DNA from: an uncultured Chloroflexia bacterium
GTDB taxonomy: Bacteria > Chloroflexota > Limnocylindria > Limnocylindrales > CSP1-4
Direction: 5' to 3'
NCBI GenBank assembly: GCA_963713975.1
Contig: OY970218.1
Location: 1,177,683-1,241,682 of the forward strand
Length of the DNA: 64,000 bases
In this document: positions 18,920 through 28,655 of the stretch, piece after piece
Numbering within the stretch: position 1 is the first letter of the stretch
Layout of the letters: each line of letters begins with the position of its first letter
Made by a program: the position numbers and the translations under genes
Notes under the pieces: generated by a model
Told to the model about the DNA's origin: nothing
What the model saw: the letters and a program-made list of their open reading frames with translations, nothing else
The model's database searches: none

Positions 18920-19093
18920 GTGCGGCCAGGCCCGCGAGCGACTCTCTCCCGCGGCCGGACACGGACATTGTCGCGACAACTGCACGCAACTCGCTTGATC
19001 CGAGTGAGCCTCTGGGGCACGCTCTGGGCACCAGGTCCAGCGGATCGGATGGCTCGACCACCCCGGCCGCCAAGAGGGCGGCTGGTGCGGCTC

Positions 19094-19200
19094 TTTGGCG
19101 CGCCCGACAGGTGTTGGACGCGCGATTTCAACCTACACCATCCCGATCTGGGGCCGCGACGAGTGGCTCGCCGCGGCGGGCCTGAGTGCGTGCGGCCAGG
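19094..19200 (+). repeat. Direct repeat A: recombinase-tail repeat (56 nt identical to 20872-20927, then ~85% similar)
   Basis: TTTGGCGCGCCCGACAGGTGTTGGACGCGCGATTTCAACCTACACCATCCCGATC, then a diverged continuation. Encodes ARPTGVGRAISTYTIPIWGRDEWLAAAGLSA. Confidence 0.7.
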
Positions 19201-19395
19201 ACCCGGAGCTAACGAAGTCAGCCCATGCATCCTCCTGCCGCTCCCGGGCGCGATCCTTCGCGCTCCTGGGGCTCGAGGCCTCGGCCTTCTGGCGGGGCGT
19301 GACGTGAGGACGGTTAAGGCATGAACGCAGCGGACCCGACTCTGCGTTTCTGCGCGTGCTTCGCGCTCCTGCGAGTCGCGTATGCTCTGACCCCC

Positions 19396-20373
19396 ATGGC
19401 CGACTTCGTCACTTCTCTTCCCAAGGCCGAGCTGCACATTCACGTCGAGGGGACGCTCGAACCCGAGGTGATGTTCGCCCTTGCGGATCGCAACGGGATC
19501 ACGCTTCCCTTTGCCACGGTCGAGGCGGTGCGGGCCGCCTACGAGTTCACCGACCTGCAGTCGTTTCTCGACCTGGTCTACCAGGGCGCTGCGGTGTTGC
19601 ACACCGTCGAGGATTACGACGGCCTGATGTGGGCGTACCTGCAGCGGGCGCACGCCGATGGAGTGCGTCGCGCCGAGATCTTCTTCGACCCCCAGGTCCA
19701 CACCGAGCGGGGCATCGGGTTTGAGGTATTCATGAATGGCTTCGCCCGAGCAAGGCAACGCGCCGCGGCCGAGCTCGGGATGACCACGGCTCTGATCATG
19801 TGCTTTCTCCGTCACCTCCCTGAGTCGGCGGCGCTGCGCACGCTCGAGGCCGCAGGGCCGTACCTCGATCAGATCGTTGCGGTGGGCCTGGACTCGTCAG
19901 AGGTCGGACATCCACCCTCCAAGTTCGAGCGCGTGTTTGCCCGGGCGCGGGAAGCGGGGTTGCGGGCGGTGGCGCACGCCGGGGAAGAGGCGCCACCGCA
20001 GTACGTGTGGGAGGCGCTCGACCTACTAGGGGCGGAGCGCATCGACCACGGTGTCCGTGCCGAGAGCGACGCGGCACTGGTGTCCCGGCTGGCTGCCGAC
20101 CGCATCCCGTTGACGATGTGCCCGCTCTCCAACGTGCGGCTGCGGGTCATCGATCGGATCCAGGACCACAACCTCAAACGGCTGCTCGATCGCGGGGTGG
20201 TGGTGACGGTCAACTCCGACGACCCTGCGTATTTCGGCGGCTACATCGGGGACAACTACCGGGCGGCCCAGGCCGCTCTCGGGTTGAGCGACGCCGAGAT
20301 TCGAACCCTCGCCCGGAACTCGATCGGGGCGAGCTTCGCCGACTCAGCGGAGAAGGCGCGCCTGCTGGCGTAA
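19396..20373 (+). CDS. add: Adenosine deaminase
   Basis: LPKAELHIHVEG, SLGY-like core, HAGE and TVNSDDPAYFG motifs of the adenosine/AMP deaminase family. The ORF starts at 19321; the ATG at 19396 gives the typical N-terminus. Confidence 0.85.
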   Translation: MADFVTSLPKAELHIHVEGTLEPEVMFALADRNGITLPFATVEAVRAAYEFTDLQSFLDLVYQGAAVLHTVEDYDGLMWAYLQRAHADGVRRAEIFFDPQVHTERGIGFEVFMNGFARARQRAAAELGMTTALIMCFLRHLPESAALRTLEAAGPYLDQIVAVGLDSSEVGHPPSKFERVFARAREAGLRAVAHAGEEAPPQYVWEALDLLGAERIDHGVRAESDAALVSRLAADRIPLTMCPLSNVRLRVIDRIQDHNLKRLLDRGVVVTVNSDDPAYFGGYIGDNYRAAQAALGLSDAEIRTLARNSIGASFADSAEKARLLA

Positions 20374-20399
20374 CTGCCGCTCGCGTTCGTCTGAAGCTC

Positions 20400-20961
20400 T
20401 CTGGCTGGCGGTGACGTGATCTAACGACCTCACGCAGGTCGAGGGAATCGAGCTCGACGACGCGACCATCGGCGCCGTCGTCGCCAGCCTCGGGTCCGGT
20501 CCCCGGCCGGTGGCGATCGACCAGGCGCGGATCGATCGCCAGATCCGCGAGCTCGCCCTGGAGCACGCCGCGGCCGCCTCCAGGACGCCGTCTACCTCGA
20601 GCGGCTCCACGAGCTCCGGGGGGCCAGGGAGAACTTCGAGCGAACGAGCGCCGACGGGATCTCGCCCGAGCGGGCCGTGGCCCGGCTGCGCGAATTGTCA
20701 GCGACGTGGCGCGCAGCCGAGGTTCCTGCGGAGAAGGCCGACCTGCTCCACGCCATCTACGACCGAATCACCGTCGCAGGGAGGAGGAACGTGTCCGTCA
20801 GGCTCACTCCGTCGGCACACACCCACGGAATCGCGCTGGCTCTGCCGGAAAAAGGTCGCAATTTGGCGCGCCCGACAGGTGTTGGACGCGCGATTTCAAC
20901 CTACACCATCCCGATCGACGGCCGCGATGAGTGGCTGGCAGCGGCAGGGCTGCGGGCATGA
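20400..20961 (+). pseudogene. 3' remnant of a large serine recombinase gene (C-terminal coiled-coil/tail region), frameshifted; includes direct repeat B
   Basis: Joined frames give ...IDQARIDRQIRELALEHAAAA / QDAVYLERLHELRGARENF...LSATWRAAEVPAEKADLLHAIYDRITVAGRRNVSVRLTP...ARPTGVGRAISTYTIPIDGRDEWLAAAGLRA*. This matches the C-terminal tail pattern of actinobacterial large serine recombinases. No catalytic or recombinase domain lies upstream. Confidence 0.6.
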
Positions 20962-21260
20962 GGGACGGCTACCAGCGCGGCGAGCTGACGCGAACTCGAA
21001 CCGCCCGTCAGGTGGAGGTGCTCGCCGCATTCGTGGCGGCCGGAGGCTCCGTGCTGGCGGCAGCACAGGTGGTCGGGATTCGGCCGAGTACCGCCAAGCG
21101 ACACCTCGCCGACCTGCGTGCCCGGTCGGGCCTCACGACCCAGCAGCTGATCTACAGCGGTCGAGCTGAGGGCTGGCTCGTTGTTCCCAGCCTGGAGCCG
21201 ACATGTGGGACGGGGCGGTGGCCAGCCGGGCCGGTGCTCCATTCGCTGTCGGACGTCTGA
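20958..21260 (+). CDS. Small GerE/LuxR-type HTH protein
   Basis: TARQVEVLAAFVAAGGSVLAAAQVVGIRPSTAKRHLADLRARSGL resembles a sigma-70 region 4/GerE HTH. Confidence 0.5.
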   Translation: MRDGYQRGELTRTRTARQVEVLAAFVAAGGSVLAAAQVVGIRPSTAKRHLADLRARSGLTTQQLIYSGRAEGWLVVPSLEPTCGTGRWPAGPVLHSLSDV

Positions 21261-21323
21261 ACACGGTCATGGGTCACCGGAGTGGCCAGAGCCCTACGGG
21301 CTGTCTGACCTTCCCCAAGATCC

Positions 21324-21731
21324 CTACCCGGCAGAGGTGGTCGCGATGTAGCCGACGAGTAGCGCGGCCACGATCGTGACTGAGGCCATGCCCCATCGCT
21401 CGAAAGGGTGCCGCCCGGTCAGGTTGGACACGGTGTTGAGCGCCAGGAAGCCGGCGACAACCCATGCCGCCCAAACCAGTGCCTGGCTGCCAAGGAAGAT
21501 CGGCGTGACGTGAGCCCGGCCGAGCACGATCCAGGCTGCGAGAACCAGGATGACCGCGCTGCCCAAGGCGATCGCACGGTACGGCGGCTGCAGGACACCG
21601 TCGACCGTCGCCGCGCGGCCGCCCATCGTGGCTTCACCAAGTGGCAGCCCGGCCGCGAGCGCCACCTGGAAAGCGGCAACACCTGCCATCAGCACTGCCG
21701 CGGCAACCGCCGCAAGCTCGACGGGGGTCAT
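21324..21731 (-). CDS. Small integral membrane protein
   Basis: 4 predicted TM helices from the ATG at 21731 (MTPVELAAVAAAVLMAGVAAF...). The upstream ORF extension is Arg-rich and non-protein-like. Confidence 0.5.
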   Translation of the reverse strand: MTPVELAAVAAAVLMAGVAAFQVALAAGLPLGEATMGGRAATVDGVLQPPYRAIALGSAVILVLAAWIVLGRAHVTPIFLGSQALVWAAWVVAGFLALNTVSNLTGRHPFERWGMASVTIVAALLVGYIATTSAG

Positions 21732-22234
21732 CGATCTATCCAGACGATCGTGAGTGCGACGGCCGTGACGAGGAGACCGACGCCGTAGACGGTGTGGGTC
21801 GCGAGGTTCCGAAGCCGCGCCGCGCGGGGATCCGGTGTCTTCGACCCTGCGATGCCGGCGCCCATCCCGGGCTGAAGGATGAACCAGGGAGCGACGATCG
21901 TGCCCAGGCCGATCAGCATCGGGGGCAGGATGGTTGGAGAACGAGCCCAATCAAGCCCCCAGACCGCAAGGAGCAGGAACGCGAACGCGATGCCGATCGA
22001 GTAGTGGGCCACCCAGCCGAGCGGCCGTTCCCCGCGGATCGGTTCGGCGGACGCGATGCGTTCGTGGAAGAAGCGCCGCCGCGGGAAGTGGCCGATCCAC
22101 CGCCCCAACATGGCGTAGTCGAGGCCTCGGATGTCGAATGCGCGACGCGCGAACAGCGCCCAGGCATCCATCAAGACGGCAGCTCCGACACCGATGAGCA
22201 CACCCCGCGCGAGAAACTCCACAGCGTCAATCAT
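21728..22234 (-). CDS. DUF2938-like membrane protein
   Basis: Hydrophobic 4-TM protein (MIDAVEFLARGVLIGVGAAVLMDAWALF...) with ATGA overlap to its neighbour. Confidence 0.5.
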   Translation of the reverse strand: MIDAVEFLARGVLIGVGAAVLMDAWALFARRAFDIRGLDYAMLGRWIGHFPRRRFFHERIASAEPIRGERPLGWVAHYSIGIAFAFLLLAVWGLDWARSPTILPPMLIGLGTIVAPWFILQPGMGAGIAGSKTPDPRAARLRNLATHTVYGVGLLVTAVALTIVWIDR

Positions 22235-22333
22235 CGGAGCACTCGGTGACCCGGTATATCGCTCTGCGGAGCCCCCAGAGGATGCGGAGGACATGGCGTG
22301 GGACCGGCCGCTCCTCCGGAGCCCCTTCGATGG

Positions 22334-23083
22334 TCACGCGGCACCTGCCTTGGCCGCGAGCCCGACCGGCGCCGGCCCGGACGGCTGAGCCCGACCTGGC
22401 TCTTCCGAGAGCGCGATCGGGGAGTTCTCGTTGAAACCCTTGAACGTCAGCCAGAGACCGAGCACCAGTTCCCAGATGAAGAACGGCAGGACCGCGACGA
22501 CGTGGAACGGGGTCCCGGGTGCAGTCAGGCCGAGCATCATGGCGATGACCCAGGTGATGAGGATCGGCGCGCCGATGAGGCCGAGGGCCGGGATCGCGCG
22601 AGGGACCAGCCGCGCCCGGTAGAGTGCCGTGCCGAGCATGAGCGCGTTGAACGCTGCCATGTTCCCGCCGATGACCATGGCCCACGTCCGGATGTCGATG
22701 AGGGCGAGTGCGGCGGGCTGGAAGGACGCGGCGTCGGCCGCGGTCGCGGCTTGCTGGTGCAGCGAGGTGACGGCAAGCAGGCCGAGAACGCCCACGGTGA
22801 TCATCGCGCCCTCGAACAACCGGGTTGACAGGTAGCCGATCGCCAGGCCCTCGTGGGCCTTCTTGATGACCGAGAACAGGGCGACTCCGCAGCCAATGAG
22901 TGCGAACACGTTGACGAGCTCGAAGATGGCTCCGAGGGCGACCTGCTGGTCCGCCCCGGGGCCGGTGATGTAGTTGGGATCGCTGATGGCCGGGCCGACG
23001 AGGGCCGCTGCCCCAATCGATCCGAGGAACGTCACCAAGTAGAGGATCCCGCCGACTAGCGCGGTCTTTCGATACGAGGTCAT
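22334..23083 (-). CDS. DUF4386-like polytopic membrane protein
   Basis: 249 aa with ~6 TM helices; MTSYRKTALVGGILYLVTFLGSIG... Confidence 0.55.
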   Translation of the reverse strand: MTSYRKTALVGGILYLVTFLGSIGAAALVGPAISDPNYITGPGADQQVALGAIFELVNVFALIGCGVALFSVIKKAHEGLAIGYLSTRLFEGAMITVGVLGLLAVTSLHQQAATAADAASFQPAALALIDIRTWAMVIGGNMAAFNALMLGTALYRARLVPRAIPALGLIGAPILITWVIAMMLGLTAPGTPFHVVAVLPFFIWELVLGLWLTFKGFNENSPIALSEEPGRAQPSGPAPVGLAAKAGAA

Positions 23084-23177
23084 TGATAGTTCCCTTCGTG
23101 TCTGTGGTCTCCGGCGGCGTCAGCGCGCCGCCGGAGAGGTCGCGACTCCACCCCGGGGTTCGGTCGCGTTGGGAGGA

Positions 23178-23864
23178 TCAGTCGACCGCGACGGGCTCGA
23201 GCCTTGAAGTCACGGGACTCACCGCGGGCACGAGGCTTGAGGCGCGCTGCGCACGCCAGAGGGAGTAGCCGAGGCCGACCAAGGCGAGGCCGGTCGGGAT
23301 AGCAAACAGCCGCTCATATTGCGGAACGATGCCGGCACCGATGGCTGACAGGGTGCCCACGGCGAGGAGCGCTGACGCCCAGCGGGCGAGGACGTTGGCA
23401 CGGAAGAGGGCGACCGCGAAGAGGACGCCGCCGGCGATGTAGGTGAGTCCAGTGAACATGATCGCGACCTGCATCGATCCGATGTCGCCGGTCGTCGGGC
23501 GGTTGTTTGCGATCGAAATGACGTCGTTCACCCAGCCCGTCGAGGTGTCAGCGATGGACGGGAGCACGAGCGCGGCCACGTACTGGGTCCCCAGCATGCT
23601 CAGGTAACCGGCAGCGAAAACGACGTAGCCGATCAGGCCCAGGACGCCGATCCTGGTCACCTGGAACAAGTAGACACCGGTGATCCCGGCAAGCGCGAGA
23701 GCGGCCATGAGCAGCTTCAGCGAGTTTCGGACGATCACGTCGGTCGTGGTGATCGAGGTGGAGTCAAGGTATGGGTGGCCGATCTGGACGCCGATGAAGA
23801 TGAGTCCAGCGGCGGCTGCGGCAACGGAGGCCGCCCGGAGCAGGAATCCGTGGGTGATGGTCAT
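23178..23864 (-). CDS. Polytopic membrane protein (paralogous in topology to 22334-23083)
   Basis: ~6 TM helices counted from MTITHGFLLRAASVAAAAAGLIFIG... Confidence 0.5.
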   Translation of the reverse strand: MTITHGFLLRAASVAAAAAGLIFIGVQIGHPYLDSTSITTTDVIVRNSLKLLMAALALAGITGVYLFQVTRIGVLGLIGYVVFAAGYLSMLGTQYVAALVLPSIADTSTGWVNDVISIANNRPTTGDIGSMQVAIMFTGLTYIAGGVLFAVALFRANVLARWASALLAVGTLSAIGAGIVPQYERLFAIPTGLALVGLGYSLWRAQRASSLVPAVSPVTSRLEPVAVD

Positions 23865-23960
23865 TTCATTCTCCTGGGAAGTGATGGGTGAGCACCGGAT
23901 CTCGGCGCGATGACTTGGGTTGGGCAAGCTCATTCCTGTCGCAGATTCACGCTCCGGCCA

Positions 23961-24179
23961 TCAATCGCCCCCTTCCAGCGTTGGGATCGACGTGAGGGCG
24001 ATGACCTCGGAACCGCGCAACGCTTCCAGGAAAGGCTGGAAGCTGCCACTCACCAAGCAGGTCAGCCGGCGGCCGTTGACCTTGACTTCGCTGACCCCCG
24101 AAGCGCGCTTCAGTTGCCGCGCGGGTGGGGTGCCGACGAAGGTCACGTGAACTCGCTGCTGGAGTCGCGGTTGCGTCAT
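23961..24179 (-). pseudogene. Possible C-terminal remnant of an ABC-transporter ATPase
   Basis: Translation ends ...VTFVG...VKVNGRRLTCLVSGSFQPFLEALRGSEVIALTSIPTLEGGD, resembling the C-terminal PTLEDVF tail of DrrA-like ATPases. No upstream ATPase core is present. Confidence 0.3.
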
Positions 24180-24272
24180 GCCCCGAGACTGACCACCCGT
24201 CGGGCCGCGCATATCGTCTGAATTGATGATTGGCGGTCGGTTGACCTGCTCGTCGCGTACCCTGCATGGATC

Positions 24273-26573
24273 GTGGCAAGGCCCAGGCGCCGATCCGGCA
24301 ACCTTCCAGCCGAGGCGACCAGCTTTGTTGGGCGTCGGCGTGAGCTCGCCGAGATTCGCAAGAAGCTGACGACCGCCCGAGTCATTAGCCTCGTAGGCCC
24401 CGGAGGCGTCGGCAAGACGCGGCTGGCGATCCGCGCGGCAGACAGCCTGGGGCGTGGGTTCGCGGACGGTCCCTGGCTGGTCGAGCTTGCCGACCTGCAC
24501 GATCCGGCCCTCGTGACCAACGCCGTGGTCGCCGCGCTGGACCTGCGAGATCAGACTGCAGCGGAGCCGCTCGACGTCCTCGCCACGTATCTCCAGGACA
24601 AGCAGGTGCTGCTTGTCGTCGACAACTGTGAACACCTTCTCGACGCGACCGCGCAGCTTGTGGCCCTCATCGTCCGAACGTCGACGAACGTGCGGGTGCT
24701 CACGACCAGCCGTGAGCCGCTCCAGATTTCGGGCGAGTACGTGGTTCCTGTGCCCCCGCTGGAGCTACCAGAACCCACGACGACGGCGTCGCTCGCAGAG
24801 CTGCGCCAGAACGAAGCGGTGATGCTCTTCACGGAGCGCGCTGCGGCGGCATCCGGGACGTTCGAGTTGACCGAGGCCAATCGCGCGGCGGTCGTCCAGT
24901 TGTGCCGCCGTCTGGACGGTCTGCCCCTGGCGATCGAGCTCGCGGCGGTGAGAACGAGAGCCCTGACGGTCGAGGAGATCGTCGCTCGCTTGACCGACCG
25001 ATTTGCGCTGCTCACCGGCGGGCGACGGGAAGCGCTGCCGCGGCACCAAACCCTGCAAGCCACGATCGACTGGAGTCACGATCTCCTGCCGCCCGAGGAG
25101 CAAACCCTGCTGCGGCGCCTCTGTATCTTCGGTGGGTCGTTCACCGCCGAAGACGCGGGGTCGGTGTGCTCGTTCGACGAGCGATCCACCGCGGGGACCG
25201 CGGACATGCTGGCCTCGCTGATGGAGAAGTCGTTGATCGTCCGAGAGGACTTCGCGCAGCGTGCCGGCTATCGCCTGCACGAGACGATGCGTGAATACGC
25301 GCGTGTCAAGCTGCAAGAGGCCGATGAGTCGGACCTCGTCGAGGAACGGTGCCTCGAGCATTACCGAACCAGGTGCCTTGGGTCGGCGGATCAAGCTCGA
25401 TATGAGCTTCTCGAGTGGCTCGAGTGGGTCGACCTGGAGATCGACAATCTCCGGGCGGTGCTGCAACGCTGCATCGCGCGCGGCGACCTCGCCCATGGGT
25501 TGGATATCGCTGCCTCGCTCGGATACTTCTGGATCACTCGCGGGACCACGGAAAGTGTGCGCTGGCTCGACCAACTCCTGCCAGCCGGCGATGCGTCTCC
25601 GGAGACGGAAGTGCGGGCGTGTCTCGTGCGCGGGCGGCTGAGCCTCCTGCGGGCCGAGTCGGCCGATGCTCGGCGCTGGCTGGCTCGCGCGGTGACAATT
25701 GCTCGCCGTGCTGGGCTCCGGTCTGAACTCGCCCAATCGCTGTCTCTCGCTGCCATGGCCGCGAACGCCGGCGGCGACGCAGCCGCCGCCGGCCGCCTCA
25801 TCGACGAGGCGGCAACAGTGACGAAGGAGCTCGACGACTACCAGGCCACGATCGAGCTGTTGCAGGCTCAGGCCGTCCATGCGGTCTTTTCGGGGGCTAT
25901 GCAGGAAGCCAAGGACTTCGCCACCGAAGGTGTGCGCTTGAGCCAAGCGGCTGGTGACGTCTACTACCTCGAATCTTTCCGGCGCAACCTCGCGAGTGTC
26001 GCGATGTTCGCCGGCGACCTCGACACTGCAAAGGTGCAGACGGTCCTCGCGTTACGCCTGGCCCGGGACCCGGACAACCGAGTCGCCATGTATTACGGGT
26101 TGTCGGCTCTGGGATGGCATGCGGCCAACTCTCGACAGCCGCGACTTGGGGCACGGCTACTGGGTGCGGCCGCGGCGATCGGCATCGGTGCCGGCGCCGA
26201 CATCAGCGGGCCGTTCGAGCCATTTCTGCGTCAGGCCACGGAGTCGGCTATCTCGGTGCTGGGGAAGGCCAAGTTCGACGCCGAGTTCGGCGCTGGTAGA
26301 AGCATGAGCCGTGAGACGGCGTTGCGGCTGGCGCTCGGCGAATCCGCCGACGTCGCGGTCGATGGGACAGACGACATCGAGAGCGGACCGTTGGCGAAGC
26401 GGGAGGTCGAGGTCGCGCGCTTGATCGCGCAAGGCATGAGCAACAAGGAGATCGGAGCTCGGCTGTTCATCTCGCAGCCGACCGTGGCGACCCATGTTCG
26501 GAACATTATGAACAAGCTCGGGTACAACTCGAGGGCACAGATCGCCGGCTGGGTCGCGTCGGGAAGTCGGTAA
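24273..26573 (+). CDS. Large ATPase-LuxR family transcriptional regulator (AAA/NB domain + TPR-like + GerE HTH)
   Basis: Walker A LVGPGGVGKTRLA. Long helical repeat region. C-terminal REVEVARLIAQGMSNKEIGARLFISQPTVATHVRNIMNKLG. Confidence 0.85.
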   Translation: MARPRRRSGNLPAEATSFVGRRRELAEIRKKLTTARVISLVGPGGVGKTRLAIRAADSLGRGFADGPWLVELADLHDPALVTNAVVAALDLRDQTAAEPLDVLATYLQDKQVLLVVDNCEHLLDATAQLVALIVRTSTNVRVLTTSREPLQISGEYVVPVPPLELPEPTTTASLAELRQNEAVMLFTERAAAASGTFELTEANRAAVVQLCRRLDGLPLAIELAAVRTRALTVEEIVARLTDRFALLTGGRREALPRHQTLQATIDWSHDLLPPEEQTLLRRLCIFGGSFTAEDAGSVCSFDERSTAGTADMLASLMEKSLIVREDFAQRAGYRLHETMREYARVKLQEADESDLVEERCLEHYRTRCLGSADQARYELLEWLEWVDLEIDNLRAVLQRCIARGDLAHGLDIAASLGYFWITRGTTESVRWLDQLLPAGDASPETEVRACLVRGRLSLLRAESADARRWLARAVTIARRAGLRSELAQSLSLAAMAANAGGDAAAAGRLIDEAATVTKELDDYQATIELLQAQAVHAVFSGAMQEAKDFATEGVRLSQAAGDVYYLESFRRNLASVAMFAGDLDTAKVQTVLALRLARDPDNRVAMYYGLSALGWHAANSRQPRLGARLLGAAAAIGIGAGADISGPFEPFLRQATESAISVLGKAKFDAEFGAGRSMSRETALRLALGESADVAVDGTDDIESGPLAKREVEVARLIAQGMSNKEIGARLFISQPTVATHVRNIMNKLGYNSRAQIAGWVASGSR

Positions 26574-26606
26574 GCTGCCAAGCAGGCGTGGTCGTGCACC
26601 GTGCCC

Positions 26607-27878
26607 TCAGCGGACACCCTTCACGGGCAGGATGGCGAACGCGCCGATGATCGCGCAGAGCCCGGCGGCTGCATAGAGCACACCGTAGCTGCCGCTGCCG
26701 ATGGCCAGGATTGCGGGCGCGATCGCTGGTGCGATGGCGAACGGGACCGCGCTCGCCATGTTGAACACGCCGAGATCCTTGGCGACATCGTCGTTGTCCG
26801 GCAGCACGTCGAGCACAAGCGCGAGGTCCACAGCGAAGTACATGCCGAAGCCGAGGCCGCTGATGGCCATGCCGACCAGGAAACCGTTGAAGTCGCTGGC
26901 GACGGCGATCACGAACAGCGCGATGCCGTACACGACTGACGCGGCGAAGACGAAGATCTTTCGCCGGCCGGTCCGGTCAGTGAGCTTGCCGCCGATGAGG
27001 GAAGCGGCGATGAGGAACACGGACTGGGTTAGCGTGCCGAGGAAGATCTGTTGGGGCACGTCGGCCTCGGCGCTGCCGATCTTGTCGAGCAGGTAGTAGG
27101 CCAGGTACGTGACCAGGAAGGCATAGGCCAGAACGAATAGGAAGCGACTGATGAACGCCCAGGCGAAGTCCGGGCTCTTCCGCGGATCGACGTAGAACGA
27201 CCTGGTGAATTCCCGGAGCGACCAGTCTGGCCTGTCCTCTCTGGCAAGCCGGCGATCGTTCAGCGTCACGGCAAAGAGCAGGATGAAGAACCCGCCGATC
27301 GCACTCGGGACCAGGAGCATCGCGAGTTCGTTACCCGTGAAGAGTCCTACCAGAAATGTGCCGCTGACCGCCGCTATCGGCAGACAGACGCCGACGAGAC
27401 CGGAGACCATGCCGCGTTGAACGGTCGGGACTTGATCCGGGATCACCGCGACCTGGGCAGCGAGGAGTGCATTGAAGGACAGCTGGGCGAGGCACCACCC
27501 GACGAGGACGACCGGGATGGTCGGTGCCAGCCCGACGATGAGGATGCCGATGGAACCGCCCGCCAAGCCGAGGAACAGCCACGGCCGCCGCATGCCCAGC
27601 CGCGACGTTGTGCGGTCGCTCATCCTGCCGAAGAATGGATTGGCGAAGATGGCCAAGAGTGCGCCGACGCCGGCGACAAGCGCCAGGCTGTTCGGCGCCT
27701 GGTCGATCCCCACGAGCGAGTTCACCTTCAATGGCAAGGTCACGAGCAGCGGCGCCAGGAACACGAGGTTCGTTCCGATGAACGCTAGCGTGTACAGCGA
27801 GATGAAAACCCAGCCAACCCGGTGTGCCGCCGGCGACGCTGGCGCGAGCGCGACCTCGGCTGCGGTTCGGTACGGCAT
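26607..27878 (-). CDS. MFS transporter
   Basis: 12 TM helices, GRMSDRTTSRLGMRRPW (MFS motif A-like) and a second GKLTDRTGRRK repeat. Start uncertain: 27878 or upstream, with the ORF reaching 28037. Confidence 0.75.
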   Translation of the reverse strand: MPYRTAAEVALAPASPAAHRVGWVFISLYTLAFIGTNLVFLAPLLVTLPLKVNSLVGIDQAPNSLALVAGVGALLAIFANPFFGRMSDRTTSRLGMRRPWLFLGLAGGSIGILIVGLAPTIPVVLVGWCLAQLSFNALLAAQVAVIPDQVPTVQRGMVSGLVGVCLPIAAVSGTFLVGLFTGNELAMLLVPSAIGGFFILLFAVTLNDRRLAREDRPDWSLREFTRSFYVDPRKSPDFAWAFISRFLFVLAYAFLVTYLAYYLLDKIGSAEADVPQQIFLGTLTQSVFLIAASLIGGKLTDRTGRRKIFVFAASVVYGIALFVIAVASDFNGFLVGMAISGLGFGMYFAVDLALVLDVLPDNDDVAKDLGVFNMASAVPFAIAPAIAPAILAIGSGSYGVLYAAAGLCAIIGAFAILPVKGVR

Positions 27879-28161
27879 CGCGTCCAGCCCGGCGGTGGGA
27901 GGCACATGGGGCTGGCTTGGCCCGCTTGGGAGCGGACCGGAAGGCTTCGGCATTGCGCTCCCTTCAGGGGTCGGCGGATACGCAGTGTGACAGCAAGGCG
28001 GTCCGTGACCGGGCGCAGTCGTCCTCGGGCTCATCACCCGCAGCCAAGTGAGCCCGGTGTGAGGGACGGGTCGCGTAAGCCGAGCTGACGGCGCGTCGTC
28101 GCTGGGCTCTCAAGTCCGCCTGCGAGCAGCCGGCGCAGATTTCTGGCCCGATCCATTCCTA

Positions 28162-28620
28162 TTGCCCCGCATATGGCGCATCATCGAACGCCCCTGCGGA
28201 GCAGCCGAACTGACAACGCTGGACAACGCACCCCCGCTGATCGAGACGAAGTTCTACGTCCCCAGGCGCCGAGGCGTGGTCGCACGTCCGAGACTGCACG
28301 AGCGTCTGTCCCGCGGGGTCGAGTCGAAGCTGTCGTTGGTCTCCGCCCCGGCAGGCTTCGGCAAGACGACGCTCCTAGCCGAATGGCTCGCCTCCGCTCC
28401 GAGCGGCCGAAGGTCGGTGGCGTGGCTCTCGCTCGACCCAGGCGACAACGAGCCCACCTCCTTCTGGGCTTACGTGATCGCGGCGCTGCAGGTGGCGGCG
28501 CCGGGGGTCGGCGCGAATTCTCTCCCGCTGCTGCGGGACCCGCCAAGGGCTACTGGCGCAACCTACGACGAGACCCCGGCCGATGGCCGGGGTCTCCAGC
28601 GACTGACTGACTCACATGTC
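28162..28620 (+). pseudogene. N-terminal fragment of a MalT/LuxR-type ATPase regulator, truncated
   Basis: ...ETKFYVPRRRGVVARPRL...LSLVSAPAGFGKTTLLAEWL...WLSLDPGDNEP..FWAYVIAAL is the canonical N-terminus of large LuxR-family regulators. The coding signal ends at ~28600, where repeats begin. Confidence 0.65.
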
Positions 28621-28655
28621 CCGACTCATGTGACTCATATGTCGCGACTCATGAC
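28607..28655 (+). repeat. Degenerate short tandem repeats GACTCA(C/T)(AT)ATGTC x4
   Basis: GACTCACATGTC-CC-GACTCATGT-GACTCATATGTC-GC-GACTCATGACATGG, immediately 5' of recombinase-tail copy C. Seen directly in the sequence. Confidence 0.6.
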
